Positions 8,242 to 18,447 of a DNA stretch of 64,000 nucleotides are shown in pieces. Where the stretch lies: positions 448,001 to 512,000 of the forward strand of contig CAWJKZ010000024.1 in the NCBI GenBank assembly GCA_963843575.1, written 5' to 3'. Numbering within the stretch: the first letter of the stretch is position 1; every line of letters begins with the position of its first letter. Origin of the DNA: an uncultured Acidobacteriota bacterium (GTDB taxonomy: Bacteria; Acidobacteriota; UBA6911). Below the pieces are notes generated by a model. The model was not told where the DNA came from. It did no database searches and saw nothing but the letters and a program-made list of their open reading frames with translations. Made by a program: the position numbers and the translations under genes.

Positions 8242-9825
8242 ATGACCAAGGATCCCACTCGTCCGTCGCGGCCTTGTTGTTCCTGCGCTTCGCATGCTCC
8301 CGTGGGACTCTCGGCCTCGCCGCTGAACCGCCGGGAATTCATGTTCGGCCTGAGCGCGCTCACCGTCGGGGGGATGGTTCCGGGCTCGCCTGTGCTTGGC
8401 AGGAACCGCGCATCCGTTCCGCCGGGCCGAGGCGCATTGCCCACGACGCCGCTCCGGGTGCAACCCGTGCTGACCTACCGGTTGCCGCAACGCCGCGAGG
8501 CGACAAGCTGGCGGGAGTGGGGCGGCCTGCAGACCCAGGCCGACGTCGACCAGGAGCGGGAACGCATCGGCACGGAGCTCGCCGGGATCCAGTCCAGGGC
8601 AGAATTCCCCCTGGAGATACTCCCCCTGAGGGCCGTGCAGAGTCCCGAGCAGGGGGCCGCCGCCGCCCAGGGAACACACGACGCGCTCCTGATGTACGCG
8701 GCCGGCGGCGGCGTCAATCTCCTCGAGTCACTCACGGTGCGGGACCGGTGGAACCTGATGTTTCTGCGCCACCAGCCGGGGCCGACCTACCTGTGGTACG
8801 AGATCGTGCACCCTCGTTTCCTGCGCAAGACCGTCGACGAGTACGGCCAGCCGGGCATGGACGTTCACGACGTGGTGGTCGACCGCTACGACGACCTCGT
8901 CTGGCGCTTGCGTGCGCTGCACGGATTGAAGAACACGCTGAACAAGAAGATCGTGGCCGTCGGCGGGCCCGGGGGTTGGGGCGCCGGCGGCAGGAAGGCC
9001 CCGGAGACCAGCCGCACCCTCTGGAAGCTGGACATCCAGGATTACCCTTATGCTGAACTTGGGCCGCGGCTGAAGAGGGCGCGCCAGGACGGATCCCTGG
9101 TGCAGCGGTGCCGGGCGGATTCCGAGCGCTACCTGGCAGGCGGGAGCGTCGAGTTGCAGACGACGAGGGATTTTGTCGCCAACGCTTTCGTCTTGACGGA
9201 AGTCCTGAAGGACGTACTCGCGGAATCCGGGACGGACGCCATTACCATCAATTCCTGCATGGGGACGATCATGCCCATGTCGGAGACCACCGCCTGCCTC
9301 CCCTTGAGCCTCCTGAACGACGAAGGGTACCTGGCGTTCTGCGAATCGGATTTCGTGGTGATACCCTCGGGAATCCTCCTGCACTACATCTCCGGCACCC
9401 CCGTGTTCCTGAACGACCCGACCTTTCCGCACGACAACGTGGTCACGCTGGCGCACTGCACCGCGCCACGCCGGATGGACGGCAAAAACGCCGAACCCGC
9501 CAGGATCCTGACCCACTTCGAATCGGACTACGGCGCCGCGCCCAAGGTCGAAATGAGCATCGGCCGGGAGTGCACGAACCTGATCCCCGATTTCGCCTGC
9601 CGCAAGTGGGTCGGCTTCCACGGCACCATCGTCGCCAATCCGTTCCTCGACATCTGCCGTTCGCAGGTGGACGTCCGCATCGACGGGGACGGCGCCGCAC
9701 TACTGGAGGAGATGAAGGGCTTCCACTGGATGATGTCCTACGGGGATTACCTGCGGGAGACGGGTTACGCCCTGAGAAAGCTGGGAATCGAATTCCACGA
9801 CGTGAGCTCGCGGCGCAGCTCGTGA
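8242..9825 (+). CDS. Tat-exported L-fucose/arabinose isomerase-like protein
   Basis: Twin-arginine NRREF. C-terminal AFCESD, PVFLNDP, LAHCTAP, LTHFESDYG and CRSQ are typical of the sugar isomerase-like family. Confidence 0.65.
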   Translation: MTKDPTRPSRPCCSCASHAPVGLSASPLNRREFMFGLSALTVGGMVPGSPVLGRNRASVPPGRGALPTTPLRVQPVLTYRLPQRREATSWREWGGLQTQADVDQERERIGTELAGIQSRAEFPLEILPLRAVQSPEQGAAAAQGTHDALLMYAAGGGVNLLESLTVRDRWNLMFLRHQPGPTYLWYEIVHPRFLRKTVDEYGQPGMDVHDVVVDRYDDLVWRLRALHGLKNTLNKKIVAVGGPGGWGAGGRKAPETSRTLWKLDIQDYPYAELGPRLKRARQDGSLVQRCRADSERYLAGGSVELQTTRDFVANAFVLTEVLKDVLAESGTDAITINSCMGTIMPMSETTACLPLSLLNDEGYLAFCESDFVVIPSGILLHYISGTPVFLNDPTFPHDNVVTLAHCTAPRRMDGKNAEPARILTHFESDYGAAPKVEMSIGRECTNLIPDFACRKWVGFHGTIVANPFLDICRSQVDVRIDGDGAALLEEMKGFHWMMSYGDYLRETGYALRKLGIEFHDVSSRRSS

Positions 9826-9954
9826 TGCCGGCGGTCGTTTCCCTTTTCGAGACATCCCGCGCGCGATGCGGTTCAGACACCGATGGCCCTGCGAACTTTC
9901 TGGGCCCCGGCGGTGTAGCTAATACTAACGTTCATAAATACGCTAACGATTCCA

Positions 9955-10038
9955 GGACGCGGATTAGCGCTGATACACGCGGATGTTGACTTGGTGACAG
10001 GCCGCGTTAATTCGCGAAATCCGTGAAAATCCGCGTTC
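9955..10038. repeat. Inverted arrays of degenerate ACGCGGAT/ATCCGCG short tandem units
   Basis: ggacgcggattagcgctgatacacgcggat (9955-9984) versus aattcgcgaaatccgtgaaaatccgcgttc (10009-10038), between convergent genes. Confidence 0.55.
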
Positions 10039-10177
10039 TGCTGTGCTAACCGATGGCCAGCTCCATCGTGCGCTTGCCGACTGCCGGGTTCCATGATTTC
10101 CGTGTCCCTCCTGGCTGGCTTTTTGAAGCTGGCTTGTGAGGGAATGTCGAAGCGCCGCACTCCGGATTCGCACGCCG

Positions 10178-12168
10178 TCAGGATTGGACGATGCGCAGCG
10201 TCCAGTCGCCGCGGAGGCCCGCATTGGCGGCGGTCAGCAGGGTTCGATAGATGCGGTCGCCCCAGGAACTTCTGAGCCGGCCGTCCGCGATCTTGATCTC
10301 CTCGGTTGACGGCGTGAACACGGCCGGGTCGAACAGGATTCTCACTTTTCCCGACGGGAGCGGCTCGGTTTCGAGCGTCAGTTCGCCCGGTCCGGTCTGC
10401 ACCGCGCGGTCGGCGGTCATGAGGGTCTGAGCGACGAGCCCGGCCGTGCCGGTCCGCACGTAGGAGTCCTGCACCTCGACCATGTTGCGCACGCGGTCCA
10501 GGCGCAACCGGCGGTGCCACGACTCGAGTCGGGCCGAGGTGGGGAAGGCGCCGGAAATGTCGAGGCTGAACTCGGCGGCGCCGTCGTCTGCCCGGTAGCT
10601 CACGTCGCGCGCGGCAAACGTCCGGCCGGCGGCCTGCATCACGCCGTCGATCGTCGGCAGGTTGTGGTAGCCCGACTGCATGGTCCAGATGTCGTAGCGT
10701 TGGGGGCTGAAGGTCTTGGCGGTGTAGGTTTCCACGCCCGACGTCGATGATGGCAGGGCGGCCGTCGGCATAGACGATGAAGTTGCCGACGTCGTTGTGG
10801 TTGTGGCTCTCGGCGTTGTGGCCTCCCTGCGCGGCCAGGTAGAGCCCCTCGGCCGAGCCGTCCTTCGTCGCGCGGCCATGACCTGGATTCCCGGGAACCA
10901 GGCGTCGCGCAGCAGCGGCTGGCGGCGCGGCGCGGCCTGCAGCGCGGCAGGTTGAAGAGGGCCGCGAGCTGGCGTCCCATGCTGTCGCCCGCCGCCGGGG
11001 ATCCAGCCCGCCCCGTTCGGCCGCGAATGCGCCGTGCGCCTGCATCCTGGCGTCGCCGATGCGCTCGGCCGTAGCGGAAGACGAGGTCGCCCGTCCATCC
11101 TCACCTTGGCCGAGGCGTCGGCGAAGTTCACGAAGATAGTCGTCGTCGATGTGGGCGCGGCAGATATAGAGCCCGATCTCGCGGACCAGCGGGACGCTGT
11201 AGAAATCGATCGCCCCGCCGCTTGCCGAGTGGAGCAGTTCGAGGCAGTCGAACAGCGAGCCGCCGGCGCGGAACCAGTAGCTTGGCCCTTCGTCGCAGCC
11301 GCCGTCCTCGTGGTAGGAGGCGAGGAAGCGGTCGAGGCTGCGCAGGCTCTTGTGCACGGCCGCGCGTCGCCGCGGTCTCGGCCGCGATCAGGAGCGCCGA
11401 CGCAAGCCAGTTCGAAACGATCCACGGGCGTCCAGTTGTTCAGCTCGCTGCGTCCCTTCGGGTCGAGCCCCATCCACCAGAAATCGTCCCGGCTCCAGGC
11501 AGGGGGCGAGCATCCGCCGCTCGACTTCGGCGCGGAGGCGCGGCCGCAGCAGCGGCGACACCGGGTCGAGCCGTGCGCCGAGCAGGTAGTCCGTCCACGC
11601 CAGCAGGCTCGACGTCTCGGCCGCGAACAGGTCCACGACGGGCTCGGCGACGTCGGGAAGCCCGGTGCCGGCCTTCTGCATGCCCAGGTGGGCGGGCACG
11701 CCCCAGAACGTCTCCTCGCAGGTCGTCCAGATGCCGTCGGCGATGTCGTCCAGGAATCGCGCCGTCTCCCTCGGCGCACTCCGCCAGCACCAGGGCGGCA
11801 AGCCGCTCGCGCCGGCCCCCGCGAATCCGCTCGTAGTCAGAGCGGTTGCCGACCCGCTGGTACTCCAGGAACAGCGTGGCGGGCAGCGGCGGCCAGCCGG
11901 CGCCCCGACGCCCCTCCCCTCCCGCGATGAGGGCCCGGCGCGCGTCGGCCGGCAAGGCTTCCCAGGCCGCGCGGTCCGCGGCGGCAGGGAAGGGCCGCCA
12001 CGACCCCGTCGGGAGCAGGACGGCGGCGAGCTTCTCGGGAGAAAAGCTCCGGCTGAGCAGGTCGCCCCAGGCCGATTCCATCCCTCCGCGCAACTCCGGA
12101 TGCGACACCGCCGGTGCGGCGAGCAGTGCTCCCCCACAGACCACGAACTGGCGCCGGCTGATCTCCAT
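10178..12168 (-). CDS. Heparinase II/III-like protein, Tat-exported (multiple frameshifts)
   Basis: SRRQF signal. Pieces in different frames: ICEETFWGVPAH-like, DLFAAET, NNWTP, DGGCDEGPSYW, GGHNAESHNHNDVGNF and WTMQSGYHNLP. Confidence 0.85.
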
Positions 12169-12202
12169 AATCCCTCCACTGCGCTTCGAGATTCCCGGCT
12201 AC

Positions 12203-13075
12203 CTATTCGAAGAGCTGGTCGAGATGCGGGATCATGATCGCCGCCGCTGCGCCGGGATTCGAAGCGCCGGTCGTCTGCTTCATCAGGTGGCCGTCCTGCG
12301 GCGAAACGAGTGCGATCTGCGGGTTATCGGGGTAATCCACGACTACGACGAAGGCTTTGCCGACAGGCCTGCCGAAATCCGCTAGAGCGAAGTTGACGGC
12401 GCTCCGACCTTCCTCCGGCTTGCGGTCGGAGCCTCCCATGGACTCCCGCGTGCGAAACGTCCACTTGGACGATCCCGTGGCGGAAAGACAGATCAGTTCG
12501 CCTTCGGGTGCATCGTCCCTCGTCCCGGTGACGGAAAGCACGACCTCCGTCTCCCCGTCGTAATCCACGTCCTGCATGAAGACCTTCCCCGGCCCCGCGT
12601 GATCGCCTTGACCCGACTCCGTCGAGAAGTTGCCGAAATCCTTCTGCCACAACTCGCGCCCCTCCTGACCGAGTACGACGAGGGAGTTCCGGTCGAGGAG
12701 ATACCGTGCCGGTTGCGGGCCCCCCCTGATACGGTATAGCGCGACCCCTGCGCCGAACAGAATCAACACGAGGCAGAGCGCGACGAGAGTGGCGCCCCTC
12801 GGGCACCAGCGGCCCAGGGCTGCCGAAGGGGGCGGCGTCGAGCCGGAGGTTGAGCTCTCCGGTGCGTCCGCGTCCGTCGCGGACGAGGTTACCTGGCGCT
12901 TCCAGGCGTCGATCTCGCCGGCCTGCGCGAAAATCCTGCCGTGCTTGCCGAGGCGGCGTTGCACCGGCAAGCCGCGATCACGCTCCCAGTTCTGGGCCGT
13001 GCGGATCGTGACCCCGAGATATCCCGCAATCTCCTTCCAAGACTCCAGTTCCGTGCAGTTCGTTTGATTGTCCAT
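12203..13075 (-). CDS. Membrane-anchored protein with N-terminal HTH (LESWKEIA type) and a short extracytoplasmic propeller-like part
   Basis: LESWKEIAGYLGVTIRTAQNWERDRGLPV, one TM helix, then a DVDYDGETEVV FG-GAP-like motif. Confidence 0.7.
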   Translation of the reverse strand: MDNQTNCTELESWKEIAGYLGVTIRTAQNWERDRGLPVQRRLGKHGRIFAQAGEIDAWKRQVTSSATDADAPESSTSGSTPPPSAALGRWCPRGATLVALCLVLILFGAGVALYRIRGGPQPARYLLDRNSLVVLGQEGRELWQKDFGNFSTESGQGDHAGPGKVFMQDVDYDGETEVVLSVTGTRDDAPEGELICLSATGSSKWTFRTRESMGGSDRKPEEGRSAVNFALADFGRPVGKAFVVVVDYPDNPQIALVSPQDGHLMKQTTGASNPGAAAAIMIPHLDQLFE

Positions 13076-13254
13076 GCCGATGTAGAATAACCTCGTCAAA
13101 CCAGACTGTTCGCGGCTCGAATGTAGCACGGCGCGGGATAGGCGTAACCAAAATTGGTGCCTCCTCCCGCTCGCCCGAGCGTGCCCGCAACGAGAGGGGT
13201 ACCCGGGGTCCTAGGCGCGCCGGACCGGAACAGGAATCTTCGAGGGAGGTTATC

Positions 13255-14394
13255 GTGTCCTGTGCCCGCATACTGCTCCTGTTGGCCCTTGCCGGCCTCC
13301 AGGGCCCCACGCTGCCGCAGTTTCGCGAACAGGTGGTCAGTGGGGACCTGAAACTCGGGTACCAATTGGCCGTCGCGGACCTCAACACCGACGGCAGGAA
13401 GGACCTGATCGCCATCGATGAGCGCTCGGACGAAGTGGCGTGGTTCGAGAATCCGGGGTGGGAGCGACACGTGCTCGCGACCGGCGTCGCGAGGCCCATC
13501 AACGCGGACTGCTGGGACGCCGACGGCGACGGCATCCCTGAGGTCGCGCTCGTTTGCGGGTTCGAAACGAACCCCGAGAAGAGCACCGGGAACCTCGTCA
13601 TCCTGAAGAGCGGACCCGATGTGCGGGCGCCGTGGACGGCACGCGAGATCGATCGGGTGCCGACGGCGCACCGCGTGCGCTGGATCGATTTCGAAGGGCG
13701 CGGTGCGAAGGTGCTTCTGCTGGCACCCCTCGTCGGGGTCAAGGCCCGGGCGCCTCTCTACGAGGACACCACGCCGGTGTTCGCCTACCGGCCCGGGGCG
13801 TGGACACGCGAGGCCCTGCCGGCGTCGCGGCGCGGGATCCTGCACGCGATCACGCCTGTCCACTGGCAGGGTCGGCCCGGCGAGCAGCTCCTGACGGCGA
13901 GTTTCGAAGGACTGCACAGGCTCGAGTACCGCAACCACAAGTGGATCTCCACCCTGATCGCGCGCGGCGACCCGCGGGCGTGCCCCGAATGCGGCAGCAG
14001 CGAGGTGCGGCTCGGGCGGCTGGGCAATAAACAGTTCCTGGCCGCCATCGAGCCCTGGCACGGCAATCAAGTCGTCGTGTACCTCCCCCGCAACTCCACC
14101 TGGACCCGGTTGGTGCTCGAAGACGGCATGGTGAACGGCCATGCCCTCGCAACGGGCGACCTCGACGGGGATGGGCGCGACGAGATCGTCGGCGGCTTCC
14201 GCGGGAAAGGGTTCGAGGTTTCGGTCTATCAGGCCGAGGACGCTTCCGGGGAGCGCTGGCGGAAAACCGTGCTGGACCGCGGGGGCGTCGCCGCCGCAGA
14301 CTGCAGGATCGAGGACTTCACCGGGGACGGCAAGCCGGACATCGCCTGCATCGGAGCCTCGACCGGGAACATCAAGCTCTACCAAAACCGCTGA
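13255..14394 (+). CDS. Secreted FG-GAP/VCBS repeat beta-propeller (aldos-2-ulose dehydratase-like)
   Basis: DLNTDGRKD, DADGDGIPE, DLDGDGRDE and DFTGDGKPD repeats. Conserved HRVRW, LHAI and EPWHGNQV. GGAGG RBS. Confidence 0.8.
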   Translation: MSCARILLLLALAGLQGPTLPQFREQVVSGDLKLGYQLAVADLNTDGRKDLIAIDERSDEVAWFENPGWERHVLATGVARPINADCWDADGDGIPEVALVCGFETNPEKSTGNLVILKSGPDVRAPWTAREIDRVPTAHRVRWIDFEGRGAKVLLLAPLVGVKARAPLYEDTTPVFAYRPGAWTREALPASRRGILHAITPVHWQGRPGEQLLTASFEGLHRLEYRNHKWISTLIARGDPRACPECGSSEVRLGRLGNKQFLAAIEPWHGNQVVVYLPRNSTWTRLVLEDGMVNGHALATGDLDGDGRDEIVGGFRGKGFEVSVYQAEDASGERWRKTVLDRGGVAAADCRIEDFTGDGKPDIACIGASTGNIKLYQNR

Positions 14395-14465
14395 GAAACG
14401 AGTGGGCCGCGGCGGCCCGACGCGGCCCGGCTCGAAAAACACGGGACGGGCGCCCCCACTGAACC

Positions 14466-14723
14466 TCACCGGGGGGACAGGTCGTAACTGGACAGGGTCG
14501 ACTGATTGCGGATGTACAGGTGCGCGCCGCAGACGACCGGATGCGCCCAGCTCGAGTATCCTTCGTCCTTGATCCGGAAGCGCCCCTTTTCCACGTAACC
14601 CGCGGGGCTGGCCTCGGCGAGCCCAATGGCGTTCCCCTCCGAGAGGAGGAAGACGTTGCCGTCCGCGAAGGTCAGGGACCCCTTCCCCAGGATTTCCCGC
14701 CAATAAAACGCGCTGCGGCACAT
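14466..14723 (-). pseudogene. C-terminal fragment of a PQQ-like beta-propeller protein
   Basis: GKGSLTFADGNVFLLSE...WAHPVVCGAHLYIRNQSTLSSYDL is the typical C-terminus of ~400 aa PQQ-repeat proteins. The rest of the gene is absent. Confidence 0.7.
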
Positions 14724-15193
14724 CAGGGCCGCTGCGGGCCGCCGGGGCTCGCCGGAGGGGCCGGCAACATGTTTCGGATCGCGGTGATGCGCCAGCCGTC
14801 GGGGCCGCGTGTCACGATCAGAGTGCTCCACATCCGGCGGCTCGAGCCGTCGCGAAGCCCGGTGAGCTCGTACCTTCCGTCGACGAGTGCCACCCCGGGG
14901 GCGACGAATCGGACGGACTCCACCGCGATGGTGCGCCTTCCGCCAGAACTCCGGGAACTCGCCAGCGTGCCCGCGACAACCTCGCTCCGGCCCCTGCGCC
15001 ACTCGCCGGAAGAGACGAGCTGATCGGCGTCCGCGGAGAAGAGTGCCTCCACTTCAGCCGCGTCCTGGTGGTCGCGCGCGTCCATGTATCGTTGAACGAC
15101 GGCGCGGACGGCGTCGCCGTCGCTCGTCCCGCCGGTCCCCTGGGCGGCAAGAATCAGCAGAGACGCGGCAAACACTCCCGAGATGATGTGCAT
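14723..15193 (-). CDS. NTF2-like (DUF4440 / SgcJ-EcaC family) secreted protein
   Basis: AVRAVVQRYMDA, LFSADAD, VRFVAPGVALVDG and WRITAIR, plus a signal peptide. Confidence 0.8.
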   Translation of the reverse strand: MHIISGVFAASLLILAAQGTGGTSDGDAVRAVVQRYMDARDHQDAAEVEALFSADADQLVSSGEWRRGRSEVVAGTLASSRSSGGRRTIAVESVRFVAPGVALVDGRYELTGLRDGSSRRMWSTLIVTRGPDGWRITAIRNMLPAPPASPGGPQRP

Positions 15194-15338
15194 GAGGTAC
15201 CCTCCGCCGGGCCGAAGCCCCTGGTTGTGCCCCGGGCGGTCCGAAGTCCGCCACCACTTGATTCTACACGGCGCACCCTGCCAGGCACGCTTTTCTTCCG
15301 GCGTCCAGCCCCCCGATTCGGGCGCCGGATCAACCTAA

Positions 15339-15578
15339 GGGTTCGCGCAAGGATAAGTTCACATTTTGGCGCGAGCGCCGGGCGGGCAGATGCCAGGCGC
15401 CGTGACGCAGGCGATGTGGTGACATCGTCGAGGAGCGGCAACGCCGCAGATGCCCGCCCGCCGCCGCGCCCCGGGGGGCTGACGGCTCCGTCAATAGCGA
15501 TCTCCCATCTTTGGTTGCCTCATGATCTGTTGGCTCGGGAGCCGTCAGCAAAATGTGAAATTATTCTTGCGCGAGCCC
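15339..15578. mobile_element. MITE / internally deleted IS with 30 bp TIRs
   Basis: GGGTTCGCGCAAGGATAAGTTCACATTTTG (15339-15368) versus the reverse complement of 15549-15578 gives 27/30 identity. Length is 240 bp with no transposase. Confidence 0.8.
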
Positions 15579-15807
15579 TGAGCCTCCGGTCGCCCTCTTC
15601 CCGGGGTATCGGCTCGGAGTCGTGCGCCGTCTCCGGCCCGGCAAAAACCTCGCGGCACAGCCGGACGGTATACACAGAGCAGTCACCGCACCAATAGTAG
15701 GAGTGGGTGCACTCGTCCCCCATGATCCTGCCGGAAATGCAGACCATGCACTCCTCTCTCGCAAAGGGCCGTCCACAGCGGCTGCAGCGGACATCACTTT
15801 CCGGCAT
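15520..15807 (-). pseudogene. Small Cys-rich (CxxC...CxxC) protein, 3' end replaced by MITE sequence
   Basis: CSRC...SGRIMGDECTHSYYWCGDC. The frame enters the MITE TIR at 15578. Confidence 0.6.
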
Positions 15808-15839
15808 GGGGCACTCTCCCCGGGTTGCCGCGCCACGAC

Positions 15840-16520
15840 TCAAGGCCGGCGCTGCCCGGTCGCGCGCGCGGGCCGCACGGAGAACCACACCTGGCAGTCG
15901 AAGGGCACCCTGTCGTTCGGGCGCGCCCCGGCCTCCCGCAGACTGCCGGCAAACGGCAGCTGGCCCGCCTGCAGCACCAGGACCTTCTCCACGCTGCTCA
16001 ATTCGATCTCGAGACCCGCGTCTCGGAACAACGGCCGCAACTCTTCGAAAATCGATGCGTCATTCGCCAGCCGCCGCACCCAGCCGTTGATGTCCCCGCC
16101 GCGGGGGACGCCCCGGGTCCTGTCCCATTCCTTCGAGCGGACCGCCGCCGCCGCAAGCCGCAGCGCCATGGTGGCATCGCGGGCCCCGTCCGGATACAGC
16201 CGTCCCCAGCTGAGCGTCCGAAATGCCCCGGCCTCCATAACCTTGCGCAGCACCTTTCCGATCCGCGGGGCCTGTTCCGCCAGGGGGAGCCCGCAATCCG
16301 AACGGTGGCGAATCACCCCACGATTGGTTTCGGACCCGAAGACGGTCCAGGAGATCCTGCAATCGTCGGACGCGATCGTGTAAATCACGTCCGCAGACTC
16401 AGGGTCGCGCTCCACCAGGACATCCTCATCGTGGGACACACCCTGATTTTCGGGCCGAAGCCCTCCCGGGCGAGCCAGCATCAGCCCGCACGCCAGCAGC
16501 AGCGACCTTCTCCTGAACAT
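15840..16520 (-). CDS. Hypothetical secreted protein
   Basis: 226 aa ORF with signal peptide and GGAG RBS. No family recognised. Confidence 0.6.
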   Translation of the reverse strand: MFRRRSLLLACGLMLARPGGLRPENQGVSHDEDVLVERDPESADVIYTIASDDCRISWTVFGSETNRGVIRHRSDCGLPLAEQAPRIGKVLRKVMEAGAFRTLSWGRLYPDGARDATMALRLAAAAVRSKEWDRTRGVPRGGDINGWVRRLANDASIFEELRPLFRDAGLEIELSSVEKVLVLQAGQLPFAGSLREAGARPNDRVPFDCQVWFSVRPARATGQRRP

Positions 16521-16615
16521 CGGGATCGGTCTCCAGGTCAGACCGGCAGGCCCAACTCGCGCGCCGACAATATATTGGGACTGTACGCGTCTCCATGCGG
16601 CGATGGTTAGGCCGG

Positions 16616-17704
16616 TCAGCCTCGGGCGAACTCGTCGTTGGCGCGCTCGATCAGGGCGCGCATGTAGGCGACGCTGTAGGCCGTGCCGGCGCGGGGGCCG
16701 CCGAGGAGCGCAGGGACGTGGTCCGCGATCACGGCCCCGTCAAATCCGACTTCCCTCAGTGCGCGCATGATCGGGTACATCTTCGCGTAGCCTTCGTCCA
16801 TGAACGTCTCGACGAAATGGGGCAAGGGGGCGTTGACGTTCCGGAAATGCACCTTGAAGATCTTGCCCTTCGCTCCGAAGTAGCGGATCGTCTCGACTAC
16901 GTCCTTCCCCATGCTGGCGCCCCCCTCGAGCCAGCACCCCACGCACAGACATATGCCGACGTTGGGGCTGGCGGCGATCTCGAGCGCCCGCCGGTAGCCT
17001 TCGAAGCTGCTGAATATGCACCGCGGCACGCCCCCCAGCTCCGGCACGGGCGGGTCGTCGGGGTGAATCCCGATCCGGATCCCCAGGCGCTCGGCGACCG
17101 GGACGACCTGCCGGACGAAATGCGTGTAGTTGTCCCAGATCTCCTTTTCGCCGTACCTGCGCCCGTGCGTCAGCGGGCCCGTGAACACCTTGCCGGCCCA
17201 GTTCCCCTTGTCGGCAGTGGCCAGGTCGAAGGCGCGTGCCGAGGCGCCGCCGCGCGCAGCCTCGCGCCCCGTGCTCCAGATGCCGTTGCCCATGTGCGCG
17301 TAGGTCGTGTAGCGGACCCCCGCTTTGCCGAGGTTCTCGAGATACTCCTTGTACTCTTCGACCTTGCGGTCGCGCCCCGGCAGGTTCAGCGTGACCTCTT
17401 CCATGTTGTGGACGTTGCTGTTTCCTATGTTCCAAACCTTCAACGACGCCGCCTCGACCTTTTCCTTGAGCCGGACGAAGTTCTCGAGCGTGGCGTCTTT
17501 CCCGCCGGTGTTCAGGTTGACGTACTCCACCCCGAGCTGTTTGACGAACTGGAGGTCTTCGTCCGACGGATTGCCGCCGACCTGAACCGAAATCCTGATT
17601 CCCGCGTCGCGCCGCGCCGCCGACTGGAAAGGCGCGGCGGCGCCGATGCCCGAAATCGCCGCCGCAGCGGTGATCCTGGTGAATTCCCTTCGGCCGAGTG
17701 TCAT
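16616..17704 (-). CDS. uxuA: Mannonate dehydratase (UxuA family), Tat-exported
   Basis: IGIHPDDPP, GICLCVGC, IFKVHFRNV, ETFMDEG and IADHVP. GRREF twin-arginine signal. Confidence 0.85.
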   Translation of the reverse strand: MTLGRREFTRITAAAAISGIGAAAPFQSAARRDAGIRISVQVGGNPSDEDLQFVKQLGVEYVNLNTGGKDATLENFVRLKEKVEAASLKVWNIGNSNVHNMEEVTLNLPGRDRKVEEYKEYLENLGKAGVRYTTYAHMGNGIWSTGREAARGGASARAFDLATADKGNWAGKVFTGPLTHGRRYGEKEIWDNYTHFVRQVVPVAERLGIRIGIHPDDPPVPELGGVPRCIFSSFEGYRRALEIAASPNVGICLCVGCWLEGGASMGKDVVETIRYFGAKGKIFKVHFRNVNAPLPHFVETFMDEGYAKMYPIMRALREVGFDGAVIADHVPALLGGPRAGTAYSVAYMRALIERANDEFARG

Positions 17705-17963
17705 GGAACGCCTCCGTTGGTGGAGGGGCCATCATAACCCAGGAGGCGTGCTTCCGGGGCGCCTGTTGAAGAGTGCGGGCCCTTCCCACCGATCTGCGTG
17801 GTGCTGACCCTGGAGGACTGCGGGGAAGGGCCGCGGCCTCCTGCAGTTTTGGCGTGCGCGCACAGGGTTGTCGGGAGCATACTCGCCGGGAGCAGGCGTT
17901 GAGCGCGCGTCGGCTTGGGAGTGCTGAAGCCGCGCCGACACCCTTCAGCCCGGGAGTTGTCCA

Positions 17964-18407
17964 ATGAGCAAGCGCATACTGGTCGCAGTCAAGAGCGTGG
18001 AAGAAGCTGAGATGTTGACGCGTCTGGCCGCCTCTCTGGCGCCCGAGGGCGGTGTGGCAATACTGGTGCACGTGATCGAGTTGCCGGACCCGACTCCCCT
18101 GGATGCGGACATTCCGGACCTCGAAGGCGCGGGCCACGAGGCCTTGGAAGCGGCGGAGCGTGTCGCCCGGCTTCACGGGTTCGACGTCGTCGTGCGCCTG
18201 CTGCGGGCCCGCGACGCGGGCGACGCCCTGATCGACGAGATGGAGTCGGCCCCGGCGGACATGGCGGTGATCGGCTATCACCACGACCGTACGTTCAGGG
18301 ACTTCATGCTGGGCACCACGTCGCAATACCTGATGAAGCACACCCCTTGCCCACTCGTTTGCCTGGTCCCTGCACGAGGCGAACGGCAGACCCCGACGGT
18401 GGGGTAG
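17964..18407 (+). CDS. Universal stress protein
   Basis: KRILVAV, LVHVIE and MLGTTSQYLMKHTPCPLVCL. Confidence 0.9.
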   Translation: MSKRILVAVKSVEEAEMLTRLAASLAPEGGVAILVHVIELPDPTPLDADIPDLEGAGHEALEAAERVARLHGFDVVVRLLRARDAGDALIDEMESAPADMAVIGYHHDRTFRDFMLGTTSQYLMKHTPCPLVCLVPARGERQTPTVG

Positions 18408-18447
18408 TAGCAGCAACGCGAATTCACCGCAGGGAATCCGAGGTGTT

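Noticed and set aside
8041-8245. AGGAGG plus ATG small ORF upstream of the isomerase-like gene
   Set aside because: The RBS is good but the 63 aa product has no recognisable features, so it cannot be supported as a gene.
16550-16612. attC-like site (GCCTAAC...GTTGGGC on the minus strand after uxuA)
   Set aside because: The R boxes fit, but the L boxes pair poorly. There is no second site and no integron integrase.
17760-17960. Possible riboswitch upstream of the USP gene
   Set aside because: GC hairpins are present but no conserved riboswitch core was recognised.
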